A DNA stretch of 64,000 nucleotides, taken from contig MU004188.1 of the NCBI GenBank assembly GCA_010093605.1, positions 313,673-377,672 of the forward strand, read 5' to 3'. The notes under the pieces are model-generated. The model saw nothing but the letters and a program-made list of their open reading frames with translations, did not search any database and was not told where the DNA came from. Shown here in pieces: positions 45,901 through 59,066 of the stretch. Made by a program: the position numbers and the translations under genes. Within the stretch, counting starts at the first letter, position 1. Every line of letters begins with the position of its first letter. Origin of the DNA: Lophium mytilinum. Its lineage: Eukaryota.

Positions 45901-48432
45901 CCACCCTCCTACTGCACCCTCCCTACTCGGTGGTCTAGAGAATGTGAGTGGGGTTGAGGGAGTCTCGTCTTCACCGGCGCTGGGCGATTCCGTTTCTGTC
46001 TCTTCAAGACTCCCGAGCCCGCTCATCGGCCTTCCCTTGGTACGGATGAATTCCATGATCTTCATGGCTTCATCAAGAAAGTCCTGCGTGGTCACAGAGC
46101 GTTTGCGCGCACCATCCTTCATCCCCTGGGCGACTTTCAGACTGAATGCAGCAACTTCCCCGGCAACAGCAGTAGCTTGAGCTGCCTCTGGAGAACTATT
46201 ACCGACACCCGGTGAATTCAGATGCTCCTGGATGGCTTGGAGTTTCGGAGAGCTCATCAAGAACGCTTCGGTCGCTTCGTAGATCTCTGCTTCAATCTCC
46301 TCTCGTCGTCTTTGGCTCGGAGTTGGATTACGCGGCCTGAGAATATGGCGGCGAGCAAGAATCTCAGGGTCCGCAACGTTTTGAGCACCGCCTTGACGGG
46401 CGTCTTTTCTCTTCCTCCCAATCACAGATTGCATAGCAATATGCTTCTCTTTAATGGATTCCATCTCGGTTGCCACGCTCTCTTCTGCGTCTAACGCGGG
46501 CAGCGTTCGACGTCGTTTGGGCGTAGGGTCTTTGCGAGGAGAAGTCGGAGGGCGCTTTCCCTCAGCATGCTCAAAGTCAATCTGCTCCTCCCCCTTGACG
46601 GAGTCGCCGGCATGCTCAGCTGGCTCATTCATATAACGTCTTTGAATTTCTGAAATCTGCCCCTTCAGCCCTGTCATATGACCTGTGGACGAATTTCTGG
46701 ACGGTTTCCTTCTGAAATTGGAGTTGTTGCACAGTTGATGTAATGAGTCTGTCCGGAATTGAAATTGAGGTTGCGAGCCCGGAGGAGCTATGCTTGCATC
46801 AGGGGAGTCTTCAGGGTCTGTACCATGATCGAAAGAGCCGTCGCCAGAAGAGAGGTATGAGATCTCGTCCGGGAACTGATAGGTATCTAGATGACCTTGT
46901 CCGAAGGTTTCCCTCCTCGATTGGAGAGTGGTGATTTTTTGGATACTCACTTCCTCAACTGAAGTAAGTCGAGATTCTTTATGTATTCTTCTAGGGGAGC
47001 CGCTCTCAAGCGTTTGCGTGACACCCGCATGGTGCTGGATGGGGTTCTCTTCTAGCTGGCTGAGTCTCCTCTGAAGTCTATTGCTCGTGAAAGTATCGTG
47101 TGTGTCGAACAGCTTCAGCGGGCTTCCTGACGATCGGGTCCTGTCTGGGCTAGGCATTTTGGCGTTTTGTCGACGAGAAGGCGTTATAGGAACGACGTGC
47201 GGCGGGCTTGGAGCACGAGGCCTCATGTCTGCCTCGCTTCCCTCGTCATCGTTGAAAGTGATTTCGGGATTCTGCCCGGGTCGCACTTTAACAGAGCCTT
47301 CCATTTCGCTGTTTGAAAGAAGTTGCGACCCGGGAGTCGGAGTGAGTGGGCGCCTCCGAAACGACCCATCTGCAGAGTATCCGCCTCGTCTCGTGCTCAC
47401 AAATTCTCCCAGATCCGCTACATCTGGAGTTCCGGCGGGCAGGTCTTCTGGTAGCGTGTCTTCTTGTAGTCTAGCATATGAGGAGCCCTCCGCATTTTCT
47501 GTTGAGCCTGTATTGTTCATTGATGACTCGCTATTCTCCTCCTGATGCACTGCAAGCTTCCGTAGCCGCTCGACAATATCAGACTTGTGAAGGTCCACCG
47601 CCGCGTAATCGACCCGTCCATCTACTGTGTTGTGTTTCGAGATATATACAGGGCTGAAGCTCTCGTTTTCTAATTCGAGCTGCCCACTCGCGGTACGAGA
47701 TGCCTCAAGAAAGGCCTGATCAACGTTGGTCTCCGTATGTCCGTTCGCGGTAACGTTTGACGCATGCGAAGAGTTCCGCGAGGGCTGGTTATGAACAGGA
47801 TTGCGGTCTAAGGCGGATGGCCATGGTGGTGGGCTGGACGGGATCGCGTCTCCGGGATCAAGGAATCGTAGTCCGCTCTTCGCCTTCTTTGCAACTTGCT
47901 GAGGCGGCCCCGCTGGCTGTTGAAAGATATTCTCCAGGCCCATTGGGCTAAACAGGTCCTTCTGATCCCCATAGCCCATGTCGCCTTTGATCAGCCTCTT
48001 CCTCCACTCCGGCGTGTCATGTATTCTAGCCTTCCCAGACGACGCTTCTACGGGCCTTTGCGCAACCGTGCCATTGTATACGACAGACCCAGTAGACGAT
48101 TCGGAAACAGAACGGGAGGCAGGCTGTGGCCGTATCATGTTGTTGTCTTTGTGCGGGATGGGAGACGAAGTTGGCAGGATGTTTTGTTCGTTGCTAGTGC
48201 GTTCTGATAGGGGCCCTCTCTGCTTCTTGGGCTGAATTGGGCGCGTCTTTACCGCAGAGTAAGAGCCGGAAGAATTCCTAAATCGTGGGAGGCGGCTTCG
48301 AGGTTGAGATGACAGCTCGTCGGCATTGTGTGTTGCGGAAGACCTGAGATCAGGAGTCGCATTAGCAGGTGGAGAAGAAGGTTGCGGTTCGGCGATCCAG
48401 TCCTCTGAGAGGTCTTCTAACCAGGGCTGCAT
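42952..48432 (-). CDS. Septation initiation network scaffold Cdc11/Nud1/SepK-like LRR protein, 3 exons
   Basis: MQPWLEDLSEDW start, TPEWRKRL and DLFSPMGLENIF motifs, a long disordered middle and a C-terminal leucine-rich repeat array (LQYLDISQN, LRTLKADDNQI, LNLNFNALKDL). Confidence 0.88.
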
Positions 48433-49048
48433 CTTGAGGTCGTGGGTGCGGAGAGTCGTGGAACGGCGGCGGAGGTTTGTTTACTTCGGAGCCGCGAGAA
48501 AGAATTGGGTTGAATAACAGCAATTGGGTGCCGATTCTCCCTAAAATGCCCAATATGTGCAGAAAGTCATAGAAATAGACGCGTCAAGGGCGAGGGAGTG
48601 GTGCCGTCGCGATAATCATGACTTGGTGGTGGGGAAAAGTACTGATGGAGCGTGGTGGCCGTTTTGCTGCTAAAACCGTTGGCCCGGTTACGGAAAGCGC
48701 GAACTTACGGAAAGCGCAAACGAGTAACTTCAAATTCGACGACGTATTCACCACCTTTACCCCTCCTCGACAAATTTGCCCTTTCTGGTGACAATCCAAA
48801 GCTCATACGGAGCCCACCGGTCCTCCCGTTAATATTTATCCTTCACTCGTTCTATGACTGCTCCTTCGCCGAGCTCTACCCCCAACCCGGTCGTGAGCGT
48901 CGATCATGACCACCGGCTCCACCATCCAGGAACATAGCTAGCCAAGGCCTCACAGTGGGAGCGAGAGGTACTGTCTCCACTGCATGCTCGAATACCTGGT
49001 TATAGGGAACATAAGGCTGAGCTAAACACCTTCCAGCGGGGCGTTGCA

Positions 49049-52000
49049 ATGCCCAATCTGGCCACTCGCTTTCCTCACTATCTCTTGTCGAATGTAGTTT
49101 ACGAGCCTGTGTCTGGGTACCCTGGGAGTTCGGCCAATTCGATCGGGAACGGACAAGCAACATCTGCGCACGATCTTGAGCGCAAGCAACGGATTGAGTC
49201 AATTGCCAGGGCATATCTACAGGGAAGGATGCCTCGACTCTCTTCTACATCTTCAAGGGCACCCCGAGCCACCAGACCGCTCCCTGGCAACCCCAAAACC
49301 AACATTACCTATGATCCCGTGCCGGCGACCCGTCGGAATGCCTCACGTCGGGCGTCAAACAACGTGGGAGTTGAAGGGGAGCGTGCGGCCAAGCAGCCAA
49401 GGATAGAAGCTGTTGCGAAAGGGTACAATCAAGGAAAGATGCCAGTGATACAATCAGCGTCTCTGAGGGGACCTTTGGAGAAGGGCTGGAAGAATCCTTG
49501 GGCAAAGGCGTCAACTGGTAGAGGCTCCAGTGCTGCAACTCCTCGGCCCCGTCCCGTTCAAGAGTTTGACACGATTGTCGTCTCAACTCCTCACCTGGTA
49601 CCCCATTCGAGTACTTCAACGACCCGGAATGGCGACTTGCGAAGCTTGAGTCCATCCTTGGAGCAATCGGTCGCAGATCACGATAGGGCGGCCTCTGAAA
49701 CCACGGCTGTCAATCACCGACTCCCTAAGGGCATCGTGGCTGCTGCTTCTTTGCGCGAAGAAACAAGTCACCTAGAAACTCAAGATGTAGAAGGGCATAT
49801 GCTAAACGAGCCCAAACGCTCCGATAATATCATGGTGATGCCCGTGGGAGAAAGGAGCTCTGCGAACCCCACTACTGCTCCGCCGATCCTAGCTACTAAG
49901 GATCACCGCCATCCGTCGAAGATTAAGGAAGAGAGCAGGAGGAAGCTGGCGAGTAAGAAGAGAGAAAACCCTCCAAATATCGAATCGCCTTTCCTATTCA
50001 GGTACCAGAAAGACGTGGCGAAGGAGAGAGATAATGGGCGAGTCCATGCTCCAGAAGGCATTCATGCAAATGAACCAGATATTCTTCCACGGAGAAAGGG
50101 ACCGCGGCGAATGAATTTCGACTCCTCGCAAGTCGTCGTTAACGAAACCCAGCCAGAGCCGCGTTCGCAGCGGAACCGGCCGTCCACTTTAATCTCTGAG
50201 CCACGAGTTACTACAAACAGTCTGCCTAGTAACGAGGAAGCGATAGAAAATGGCACGGACATTACAAACATGAAAGCGACCACGGGCTTGCCTAGAGTCG
50301 CCTCGACAGTTGAAACAGCTCCTATACTCTCACCTCCACCAACCCTTGACCGTAGTACAGATAGTCCTTTACCTGTACAAAGGGACAATACCACAATCAC
50401 TCCACTCTTAGAATTGGAGAGGGAGCCGGCAACATCAGGAAAGAAGCGCAAGAAGAAGGCAGCTCTTGAGATTATCGAAGCTACTTCCCAAGCAACGGAG
50501 GGTTCACAAACACACCCACGGAGGGAAAAACTAAGGCCTGCAAGATTACCTCCGCCAACCGTTCCATCTAATCGCGCCTCAAAAGAGGCAAGTAATGGTG
50601 TAGGAATGGGCTGTACGCCTAGTACACTATCGACACATGATCCCGAGGGGAGTACTAGAGGCCTTGGAGAAAATAATGATCCACAAATTGCTCTTAACGA
50701 CGTACACCAGCTTCTAGATGCATCGGGGGTTCTACGGGCACCTCTAAACGAGCATGTGGAGGAAACTGAGCAGGAGCCTGCCCCTGAGCGTGAGATTCTT
50801 CAGGACCCAGAGCCTCACTCGCCGAGGGAAAAATCGCGCTCCCAGAAATTCGTCACAGCAGCTACTTCGAATATCGCACCAAATCGGCGTAAGACAGGAG
50901 AAAACAGGGTGGACTCTGCAACTCACCAAGCAACAACCACCGTCCCTTTGGCAATACCCACAACGCTCAATCTGCCGGACCCCTCCGCTATCCGTTCGAA
51001 GAAAAAGAATAAGCAAAAGAAAGGGTCTCTCGTGCCAGAAGCTTCCACCACGCATCAATCAAAGACGGCTCGGATCTCGAGGGCCAATGCTCACAGCGAC
51101 GAGGGAGATATTATGGAGCTTATTGTGGTAAAGCCACGCCAGAATAAGTCACGGGTCCAGAACACAATCCCAGCTGCAGTAACAGAACTCGCACCACCTC
51201 AAATAATAGAAGCTACAGAGGTCGACATGCCATTCCAAGAACCCCCGGAAGTCGCTGTTACGGTAGGTGCGCCCATAGGCGACGGAACTCTCGCGGCGGA
51301 AGAAATCATCCACGTGCCAGCGGCTCAGGAGGAACCTAAGGGTCGTCCACGGAAAAGGAAATCACGATCTTCTGCTTTAGAAACAGAAGTTGTGTCTGGT
51401 GCATCGGCTAAAAAGAAGAGAAAGCGGCATGTAATGAGCCCTGTGCCTGAACCTACTACGAACGACAATATCAGGGCAGACGTGGAAATCTATGATGGGG
51501 ATCTCCCACAAGAGGATGTCTCGGGCCAGCAGGCGTTCAATGAGCCGAAAACCCCTCCGCGTAACAAAAGAGGTCAACTTGCGTCTACTCACTCCTCAGA
51601 TGTTCCAAGAACCCGTTCGGAACGAAAGCAGGCACAAACACCAAACAATGCATTATCTCCGGAGATTCAGCGGGAATTTCGAGGAATTGTGGATTCTATT
51701 CACAGTGCTCCGGACGTGCAGTCAGAAAATGATGAGGACGTTGAATCGACAATCGACTTCATCACCAGCGGTATTATTCCATTTTCGGTTTTCAAGACAG
51801 GGGTGGTCAACCGGCATATACAAGCTGCTATGGAAATAAAGCAGCCTATGAGTACTCAACAACTGTTCGAGGCCCAGTCTCCAATTGCGTTCAGCACGGA
51901 AAAGAAGAGAAGGGTGCAAGAGCGATTTGGCCCTCCCTATGACGACGAGACGGAGTACCTCGATACTCAGGCACTATTCGACGCCGCTGGGGTCCGCAAT

Positions 52001-52468
52001 ACTCCGAATGTGGATTTGAGTGCAGAGGAAACGCCGGTGAAGTCGACATCGCGCCGTAAAAGTCGACGTGCATTGGCAGATGACGAAATAGATTTTACAC
52101 CAAAATCACGTCGCAAGAGTGGACGCAATCTGAACAATGAAGATCAGGAATACACGCCGGAGATTGCAAAATCACGGCGGCGTAGTGGACGAGGCCAGGA
52201 GGCTCCTCATGCATCCCGTCAAAGCCGTCCTTCTCGTCAGATTGTATCCGCCATTGACCGAATTCCGCTTCAAGAGAAGCTATCCTCTGCAAGCTCGAAC
52301 GCGCCGTCAGACTCCCTTCGAAAGTCGTCTAGGCTGCGTGAAAAGGACTCTCCTTATCTTGCACACGGTCAACATTTATCACAGCCATCGCAACAGTCCG
52401 AACCTGATGTTGACTTCAGTTTCATGGACTCGGTGTTGCACATGAGTCCCTTGAGCACTCGAGCGTGA
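49049..52468 (+). CDS. Large low-complexity basic hypothetical protein (1139 aa)
   Basis: Uninterrupted 3.4-kb ORF with an N-terminal RIExxAxxYxQGxxP..S..LRGP...WKNPW motif and several NLS-like basic clusters. Confidence 0.8.
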   Translation: MPNLATRFPHYLLSNVVYEPVSGYPGSSANSIGNGQATSAHDLERKQRIESIARAYLQGRMPRLSSTSSRAPRATRPLPGNPKTNITYDPVPATRRNASRRASNNVGVEGERAAKQPRIEAVAKGYNQGKMPVIQSASLRGPLEKGWKNPWAKASTGRGSSAATPRPRPVQEFDTIVVSTPHLVPHSSTSTTRNGDLRSLSPSLEQSVADHDRAASETTAVNHRLPKGIVAAASLREETSHLETQDVEGHMLNEPKRSDNIMVMPVGERSSANPTTAPPILATKDHRHPSKIKEESRRKLASKKRENPPNIESPFLFRYQKDVAKERDNGRVHAPEGIHANEPDILPRRKGPRRMNFDSSQVVVNETQPEPRSQRNRPSTLISEPRVTTNSLPSNEEAIENGTDITNMKATTGLPRVASTVETAPILSPPPTLDRSTDSPLPVQRDNTTITPLLELEREPATSGKKRKKKAALEIIEATSQATEGSQTHPRREKLRPARLPPPTVPSNRASKEASNGVGMGCTPSTLSTHDPEGSTRGLGENNDPQIALNDVHQLLDASGVLRAPLNEHVEETEQEPAPEREILQDPEPHSPREKSRSQKFVTAATSNIAPNRRKTGENRVDSATHQATTTVPLAIPTTLNLPDPSAIRSKKKNKQKKGSLVPEASTTHQSKTARISRANAHSDEGDIMELIVVKPRQNKSRVQNTIPAAVTELAPPQIIEATEVDMPFQEPPEVAVTVGAPIGDGTLAAEEIIHVPAAQEEPKGRPRKRKSRSSALETEVVSGASAKKKRKRHVMSPVPEPTTNDNIRADVEIYDGDLPQEDVSGQQAFNEPKTPPRNKRGQLASTHSSDVPRTRSERKQAQTPNNALSPEIQREFRGIVDSIHSAPDVQSENDEDVESTIDFITSGIIPFSVFKTGVVNRHIQAAMEIKQPMSTQQLFEAQSPIAFSTEKKRRVQERFGPPYDDETEYLDTQALFDAAGVRNTPNVDLSAEETPVKSTSRRKSRRALADDEIDFTPKSRRKSGRNLNNEDQEYTPEIAKSRRRSGRGQEAPHASRQSRPSRQIVSAIDRIPLQEKLSSASSNAPSDSLRKSSRLREKDSPYLAHGQHLSQPSQQSEPDVDFSFMDSVLHMSPLSTRA

Positions 52469-53677
52469 GCTGAGAGGGCATCCAGTCTTTTGGGCAACTT
52501 GGGATAGGGATATCAGGCTCCGTATCGCCTGTCATTGGAGAGCTGTTAGATTCATCTGTTTTTGTTTTGTTTTGTTTTTCGGTCAAGCGTTCACAGCAAG
52601 GCGTACTATCCGGCGGGTCATGATGACCCTGGCGCCGGGGTCTTGGTGTTCTCCTTCAATTCTGATATCGCCAGATGGCGTGACGACAGCTGAGTGCTCG
52701 GACGTCGGCGCCGTGAGGCACACGTATAGGTACCTTCTGGGACAGGTATTGGTGTTCACCATAGATATCTCAGCACGTGGCGCGATGGACAGCAATCGTC
52801 CACGCCCATCTGCCAGCAGCATGAAGCATGAAGGCATTACGAGCTCTCCTCACACAGACTAGCTGTCTCACCGTTCTCGCAGCGATGTTCCCGCATTATT
52901 GTGATCTGTAGAATCCCTCCCGAGCACCCGCTTTGAGCAAACACGGGCTGCCGGATGATAGCCTCTGGACCGACGAGCCAGCCGACTCGGAGGCAGAGGC
53001 GGACGTCAGCGTTGGCCTGTCTCCCGGCCTATTCGGGATAGGCCCTTGTCCATACATTGCACGTTCGCGATCGATTGGAGTTCGACGGACTGCGTGCACG
53101 GCCAACCACATGTTACCCTCCGCACGCCGATGCAAGGTCGATGGCCGGAGAGAGGCGGTGAATTGGGCTGGCCGCGGGGAGAGGGCCGCGGGAGTGCCTG
53201 GTTTATAACGTCGCGGGCATCGTGATGGCGGGCGGGCGCCGCTGTCGCAGTCGTCGCTGGCAGGCGGTAGTAGTGGGATACAGCGCGTGGCAGCGCCTGC
53301 GAGTTGATATGTAGAGTCATGGACAGCAGCTGTTGGGGAAGGGTGCTGCAGTGCGGTCAAAGAATCTGCGGCAAAAAACGTCATCTAAGGCTGGCCCCGT
53401 TTTCTAACACCCAGACACCTGCTGGGCTCGCACACCTGCACTCGCGACCTCCACCGCCCGTCGCCCGCCTATAGCACACCCGCCCTCCCTCTCGTGGAGC
53501 CCCATAGGCACCGCTTGCAAGTCCCTGTACTCTGGCTGTCCTTGCTCCGGCTCAGCTTATCGGCGCCTCTTCTGGCAGCTTCGCAGCCCACGCCGACCAG
53601 CGCCCAACCACCAACGGGGAATTTCCTGCCAGTCCTCAACCCACGCCCCAGCAGCAGTACTGACCAATGTCGCCTCC

Positions 53678-56600
53678 ATGTCGCACACCTCTCCTGCTCC
53701 CTCAAATACCTCACCCTCCGCCTCGGTGAGGTCCATAGGCGTCCGTCTGCGCAATGCCCAACCCACCACTCCTGCCTCCCCTCTGCTCGAGGGCCCCGAA
53801 TTGAAGACACTCGCGCAGACCGGCCGATCGAAGACTGCACCCCTAGCCCTAGACACTCTGTGGACCTCTTCCAACGGAAATCCCCAATTGTCGGAACGCG
53901 ACAGTATCTTCGCCACAACATACGCCCACCACGACAGTCCCACATCGTCACCAACCCTCTCTCCTCGTTCAGACGCTGCCGCCGACAATGAGCCAATTGA
54001 AAGTATCGCAGACATGGCAGCCTCTCCCATTCGGCGACTGATGGCCGAACCTCTGTTGCCGCCGCTTGACCGCCCTTCTGTCAAAGACCCTCCTCGCCGC
54101 GATAGACACCGGCCTGCTATTCCTTCGGGCGAGTATACTGGAACAGCCGCCCACTCTGCAGCACAGAATCTCCGCCATACGGGCATGAATCATTCGGGTA
54201 GCCGAGCTAGTCCGCCGCCTTTCATGAGTCCCGTCGATTCGCCAATTCAGCGGCCATCAACACCCCACGACCATGATTTCGGCACGCGAGTGTCCCTGGG
54301 TTTGGCGACGGACGATGATAAACGCATGCGATATCGGTCTTGGCGTGAAGGAAAAGCTACATTGGGTGCGGTTGGATCTGCTGCTGTCAGAAGCAAAAGC
54401 CGGGATGGCTCTCACGTGGACAAAAAGATCGAAGCTACACTGCTGAAAGCTGAGCACGTTCCTGCTCCCAGGAGCCGGAAAGCAAGTCATTATTTAGGCC
54501 TCTTCAAGGAGAATGATGCCGCAGAGGAGCAAAGGAGAAGAGACGCCAAGGAACGCCAATCAACGGAGAAAGGTTCTCGAGCACCACACACTGGGAAAAA
54601 GCTGCCGCCAGCGAAAGCTCCAGCCCAGGACACTCCGCCTTCACTACAAAGCCTCCGACCCCGTCCTGTATCCGACGCCGATGGGACGCAAGACGACAAA
54701 GGCAAGCCGCAAGAATCGCAAGAACAAGATGCGTCCCGAACTGCGCGCAATGAGTCCAGTAGTGATCCTGTATCATTGGAACCAGTGTCTCGCGGTCGTC
54801 CATCCGAGCCGAGATTGACTCTCGGCACCGCTGCAGGGCTTGATTTGCAGAATACCATTGCGAACACAGCACAGCAAGAATTTCCGTTGCGGCTACTTGA
54901 CGAGATTAGAAGCCATCACAATCTTACTCCTGGCGCTGAGCGAGGCACCTCCTTCTCCAGAAGCTTGCCCACTGCTGCGTCTGAGAGACCAAGAGGCTCA
55001 TCTGCAAAGGACAAGCCAACCTCACTACATGACCACGCTGCTGACTACTTTCCTCCGGTACGGGATGATAGCGAAGAGCCGTCACCGGTATCTGACGAAG
55101 AAGAGTCTGAGCGAGAACAGATATCCTCGGCATTGTATTTTCCTCATCGCCACAGATCTTCTGAGCAAATATCTCCAGAGCAAGAGATTCGAAAGGCAGA
55201 AATTGAAGGGGAACGTAGAAGGAGGCCAACCCTCGTATCGGCGAGTAAACTACCCAAAGGCTGGGGCACCGAAGAGATTGTAAAAACTCCTGAAGAGGTA
55301 GAAATTTCTCTGCAATCCCAAGATGAAAACCAATACCTGCACGGTGACCTACAGCCATCAGCTCCCTTGTCTGAGGACGAGCTTCACAACCCATTGACGT
55401 CGCCGACGGGAGCCACGTCGGTTTCCGAATCTGATTATGAATCGTTCGCAGAATCGTCTCACTCTTATCGCGGGTACGAATCCAGCGCCACTGATGATCT
55501 AGGAACCACACCGACAGCGCCATCGATCAAGCGAACCGAGCGTAAGCCACATCATACTGCCACTCAGCCACCTGCTCCGATTGGGGCTGTCGAATTGAAG
55601 CCGTACGACCATCAGGTTGGCGGGCATACTACTGTGTACCGATTTTCTCGCCGAGCCGTATGCAAACAGCTCAACAACCGAGAAAACGAGTTCTACGAGA
55701 CGGTTGAACGCAATCATCCGGAGCTGCTAGATTTCTTACCCCGGTAAGATCAATTTTGTCATCCTTTCCGTGGCTTGAAGCTGAAACATCAGCAAGATGC
55801 GCTCGCCCGCACCGGACACCCGTTCATTGTCAGTAAATCAGGCATGCTAACGTTATGCTGTCAAATTTTATAGATACATTGGCGTTTTGAATGTAACATA
55901 TCGCAAAGCTCCGAAGCGTAAAAAGACCCAGAGGAAGGACGAAGCCTTTGGGGACCAAGTAGTGCAATCTGCATCGCAGACCAACACGGGTAGCGAGTCA
56001 GTGCTTTCGTCCAAAGAGATGTCCAGGGGTCCTGAAGATCGCAAAGAAGAGGCTCCAAGGGTGGTTAGTCATTCACAGAACACGACTTCCATCCCTCAGG
56101 TTATCTTCGAGAACAACCGCCACATCATCCCGGATAACCTGTTTCGCGTTCCTCCTCGGTCCAGTACTCCCGATCCTTGGATCGGAAACTCGTCTCCCTC
56201 GTCACAGATACATCGACGATATCAGAGTGATATGACTATGAATGGGTCTTCAGAAAAGAGTCCATCACGGCCTCCGATCCATCAGCATGCAAGCTGGGGT
56301 GTTACTACCATCAACACCAAGTTGCAAGAAGAAGTCCTTCGCCAAGTATTCGCGCCACCACCCATCCATCATCGCTCGAGACACAGCCATCAGCATCACA
56401 GCATCCCGTCGAGGAAAATGAGGCTTGACTCGAAAGGAATCGTGGGCTCTGCGCCGACGGCTCGTAGGAATAGTGCCGATGTCAGCCAGCTGCACAATAC
56501 ACATTTCGATGAAGACTGCACTCGCAAGCAAGTATTGAAAGCGGAAGCGGAGCGGCATTTCCCAGGCAACGGAGGGGACGCATCACGGCCCTCGCCTCCA

Positions 56601-57833
56601 GAGCGCCTCTATTTTGATTCGGACAGCGAAGCGGCCCTCAGTAGAAGTGATACAGACATGCGGCCATCCTCATCCCCATCCGCCATCCCACGACGCCGGC
56701 ATTCTGGCGGCGGGCTACGGCGTCCCTTCGACATCGACCACAAGCAAAGACGAGGCCTGGAGTACCACGAAGAAGACGGCTATGGCGGCGACGGAGAAGA
56801 CGAGCTCTTCACCATGGACGACGAAGCACGAAACGGCGCAGTCAAACTAAACGGCATCCGCGAAGAACCGGGCCCAGCCCAGCCGCAAGCCCCCATCCCA
56901 CCCATAGCGACCATGCTGCCAGCACCCGTAACCGCAGGCCCGAAAAGCAAGCCTCATACCTCTGAGCCCAAACCCCTCGAACCCTCAAACCCAGAGGAAG
57001 CCCAGCTCCAGCCCGACGAGCGCGTGCAGCACTTCCTCCTCCTCGAGGACCTCACGGCCGGCATGTCCAAACCCTGCGTCCTGGACCTCAAGATGGGCAC
57101 GCGGCAGTACGGCATCGAGGCCGATGAGAAGAAGCAGCGCTCCCAGCGCCGCAAGTGCCAGATGACGACGTCGCGCGGGCTCGGCGTGCGCGTCTGTGGG
57201 ATGCAGGTGTGGAACGTGAAATCACAGTCCTACGTCTTCGAAGACAAATACTTCGGCCGCGACCTGAAAGCCGGGAAAGAGTTCCAGGATGCGCTGACAC
57301 GCTTCTTCTTCGACGGCGTCGGGAACGCGGCGGCGCGGCGGCATATCCCAGTCATCTTGGAGAAGATCAGGATGCTGGAGAACATGATCCGTAGACTGCC
57401 GGGATACAGGTTCTATGCGAGCAGTTTGCTGATGTTGTATGATCGTGGCGACGGGGAGGCTGGGGAGAAAGAGAAGGATCCTGCGCAGCGTGCTGCAGGG
57501 GAGGATGGACCGCCGAAGTCGGTGATTCCGCCGACGATCAAGCTCAAGATTGTGGATTTCGCGAATTGCGTTACCGCGGAGGATGCGCTGCCGGATTCGA
57601 TCCCTTGCCCGCCGAAGGACCCGGATGGCGTGGATAGGGGCTATCTGCGCGGCTTGCGTAGTTTGCGGATGTACTTCCAGCGTATATGGAAGGACGTCAG
57701 CGATGTCGAGTGGGTTGAGCGCGGCGAGGGCGAAGGGATGGCGCTGGGTGAGAGCGGGATCGGGCTTGGGAATGTGGGGGGCGCGTGGGAGGAGGGTACA
57801 GGCCCGGACGATGGGGGGTGGGTCAGTGTTTAA
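53678..57833 (+). CDS. KCS1: Inositol hexakisphosphate kinase, 2 exons
   Basis: [59 protein letters not shown] (IPK PxxxDxKxG), [14 protein letters not shown] and GYLRGLRSL. Confidence 0.94.
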
Positions 57834-59066
57834 GAAGCAAAAAGCAAAGAAAGATCAGGATCAGGATCAAGAGGATTGTTGGTCTATTGCTCAATGAGAG
57901 TGGACGGTTGAACGGCATTGCTGGCGCCGTTGTTGGTGCGTTTCGAAGTATGTGCGCTGTCTCTTTTTCTCGTTTCCTTCGTGTCTTTCTTCCTCTCTCT
58001 CTCTCTTAGTCTACGGTTCTTGTTTCAAACTTGCGCGTGTCGGGAGTCTCTGTGGATCGGATCTCTCTTGGAGCGGGCATGGCGTTTTGAAAGGTTACTA
58101 TACGTTTGGGGGGTTCTGGTAAGACAAAACTCCATTTGATTTATTTGTTTTTGCATGTGCGTGTTCGGTAAATTGTATTCGGGGGCGGCATTGGGGTGTT
58201 TTGGGGGTCTGCATACTGAGGGGTTGAGGGGGTTCTTTTCGAGTATATAGATATTTGGGCGGTTTGGGGAATATGGGGATGATTAGGGTGTTTTACATAG
58301 CTAATGAGAAATACTGTGTAATACCTCTATAAATGGTGGAGATGTGAGGATCCAAGGACGATTCTTTGATTGGAGTGTACAGTACTAGGACTTCCATATG
58401 GACAGAACCGAAGGCCATACGGGATCCTAGCGTATGTATGCCCATTTGGAAGTCTATGAAGTATAAGGAAGACATACTAGGCTGACTAGGTGACCCCGAT
58501 TTACTAGTTTTCTGCTCTATGACCGGTCCAACCCTTTTTCATAAAAAGCCCTTGTCAATGGAAAACTGGACCCGAAGCATTGGTTGCTACCTCCTTCCAC
58601 AAAACGCGACGTGAAGCGTTGAGGTGTACGGTTCGCAAGGGGAATAGCGCCGTGATGCGGGGTTGCTCAGGGGTAGCTTTCGTGCTTTAGCGCTTTCTGG
58701 CCCCTTTCATCCAACGAACCATCTCGTCATCATTCAATGCTGCCTTTGATAGCTAGAAAAATCCATCTTCGAATCCCTCCAGAAACAGAGCTGATATAAC
58801 TTGCTGACGCCAGCCCCATGCAGCGTTCCCACAGGCTCCGCGAAGCTATGAACATCTCCAGAATGCTGGCAAAAGGGCATCGTATCCACAAGTCCAGGAG
58901 CCTTGACTTGGCGACAGGGACCTGGTAAGCTGTCGATCACCTAATTGGGCCTATGCCAGAGTCAGTCAGTCTCTAAGCCCATGAGCATTTCTCCCCTCAA
59001 TTCGTTCGAGCAGCTCTTCTTCTTCTCCTAAACTTCGTCAAATTCCATCCAAATCCTTCAGCCACG

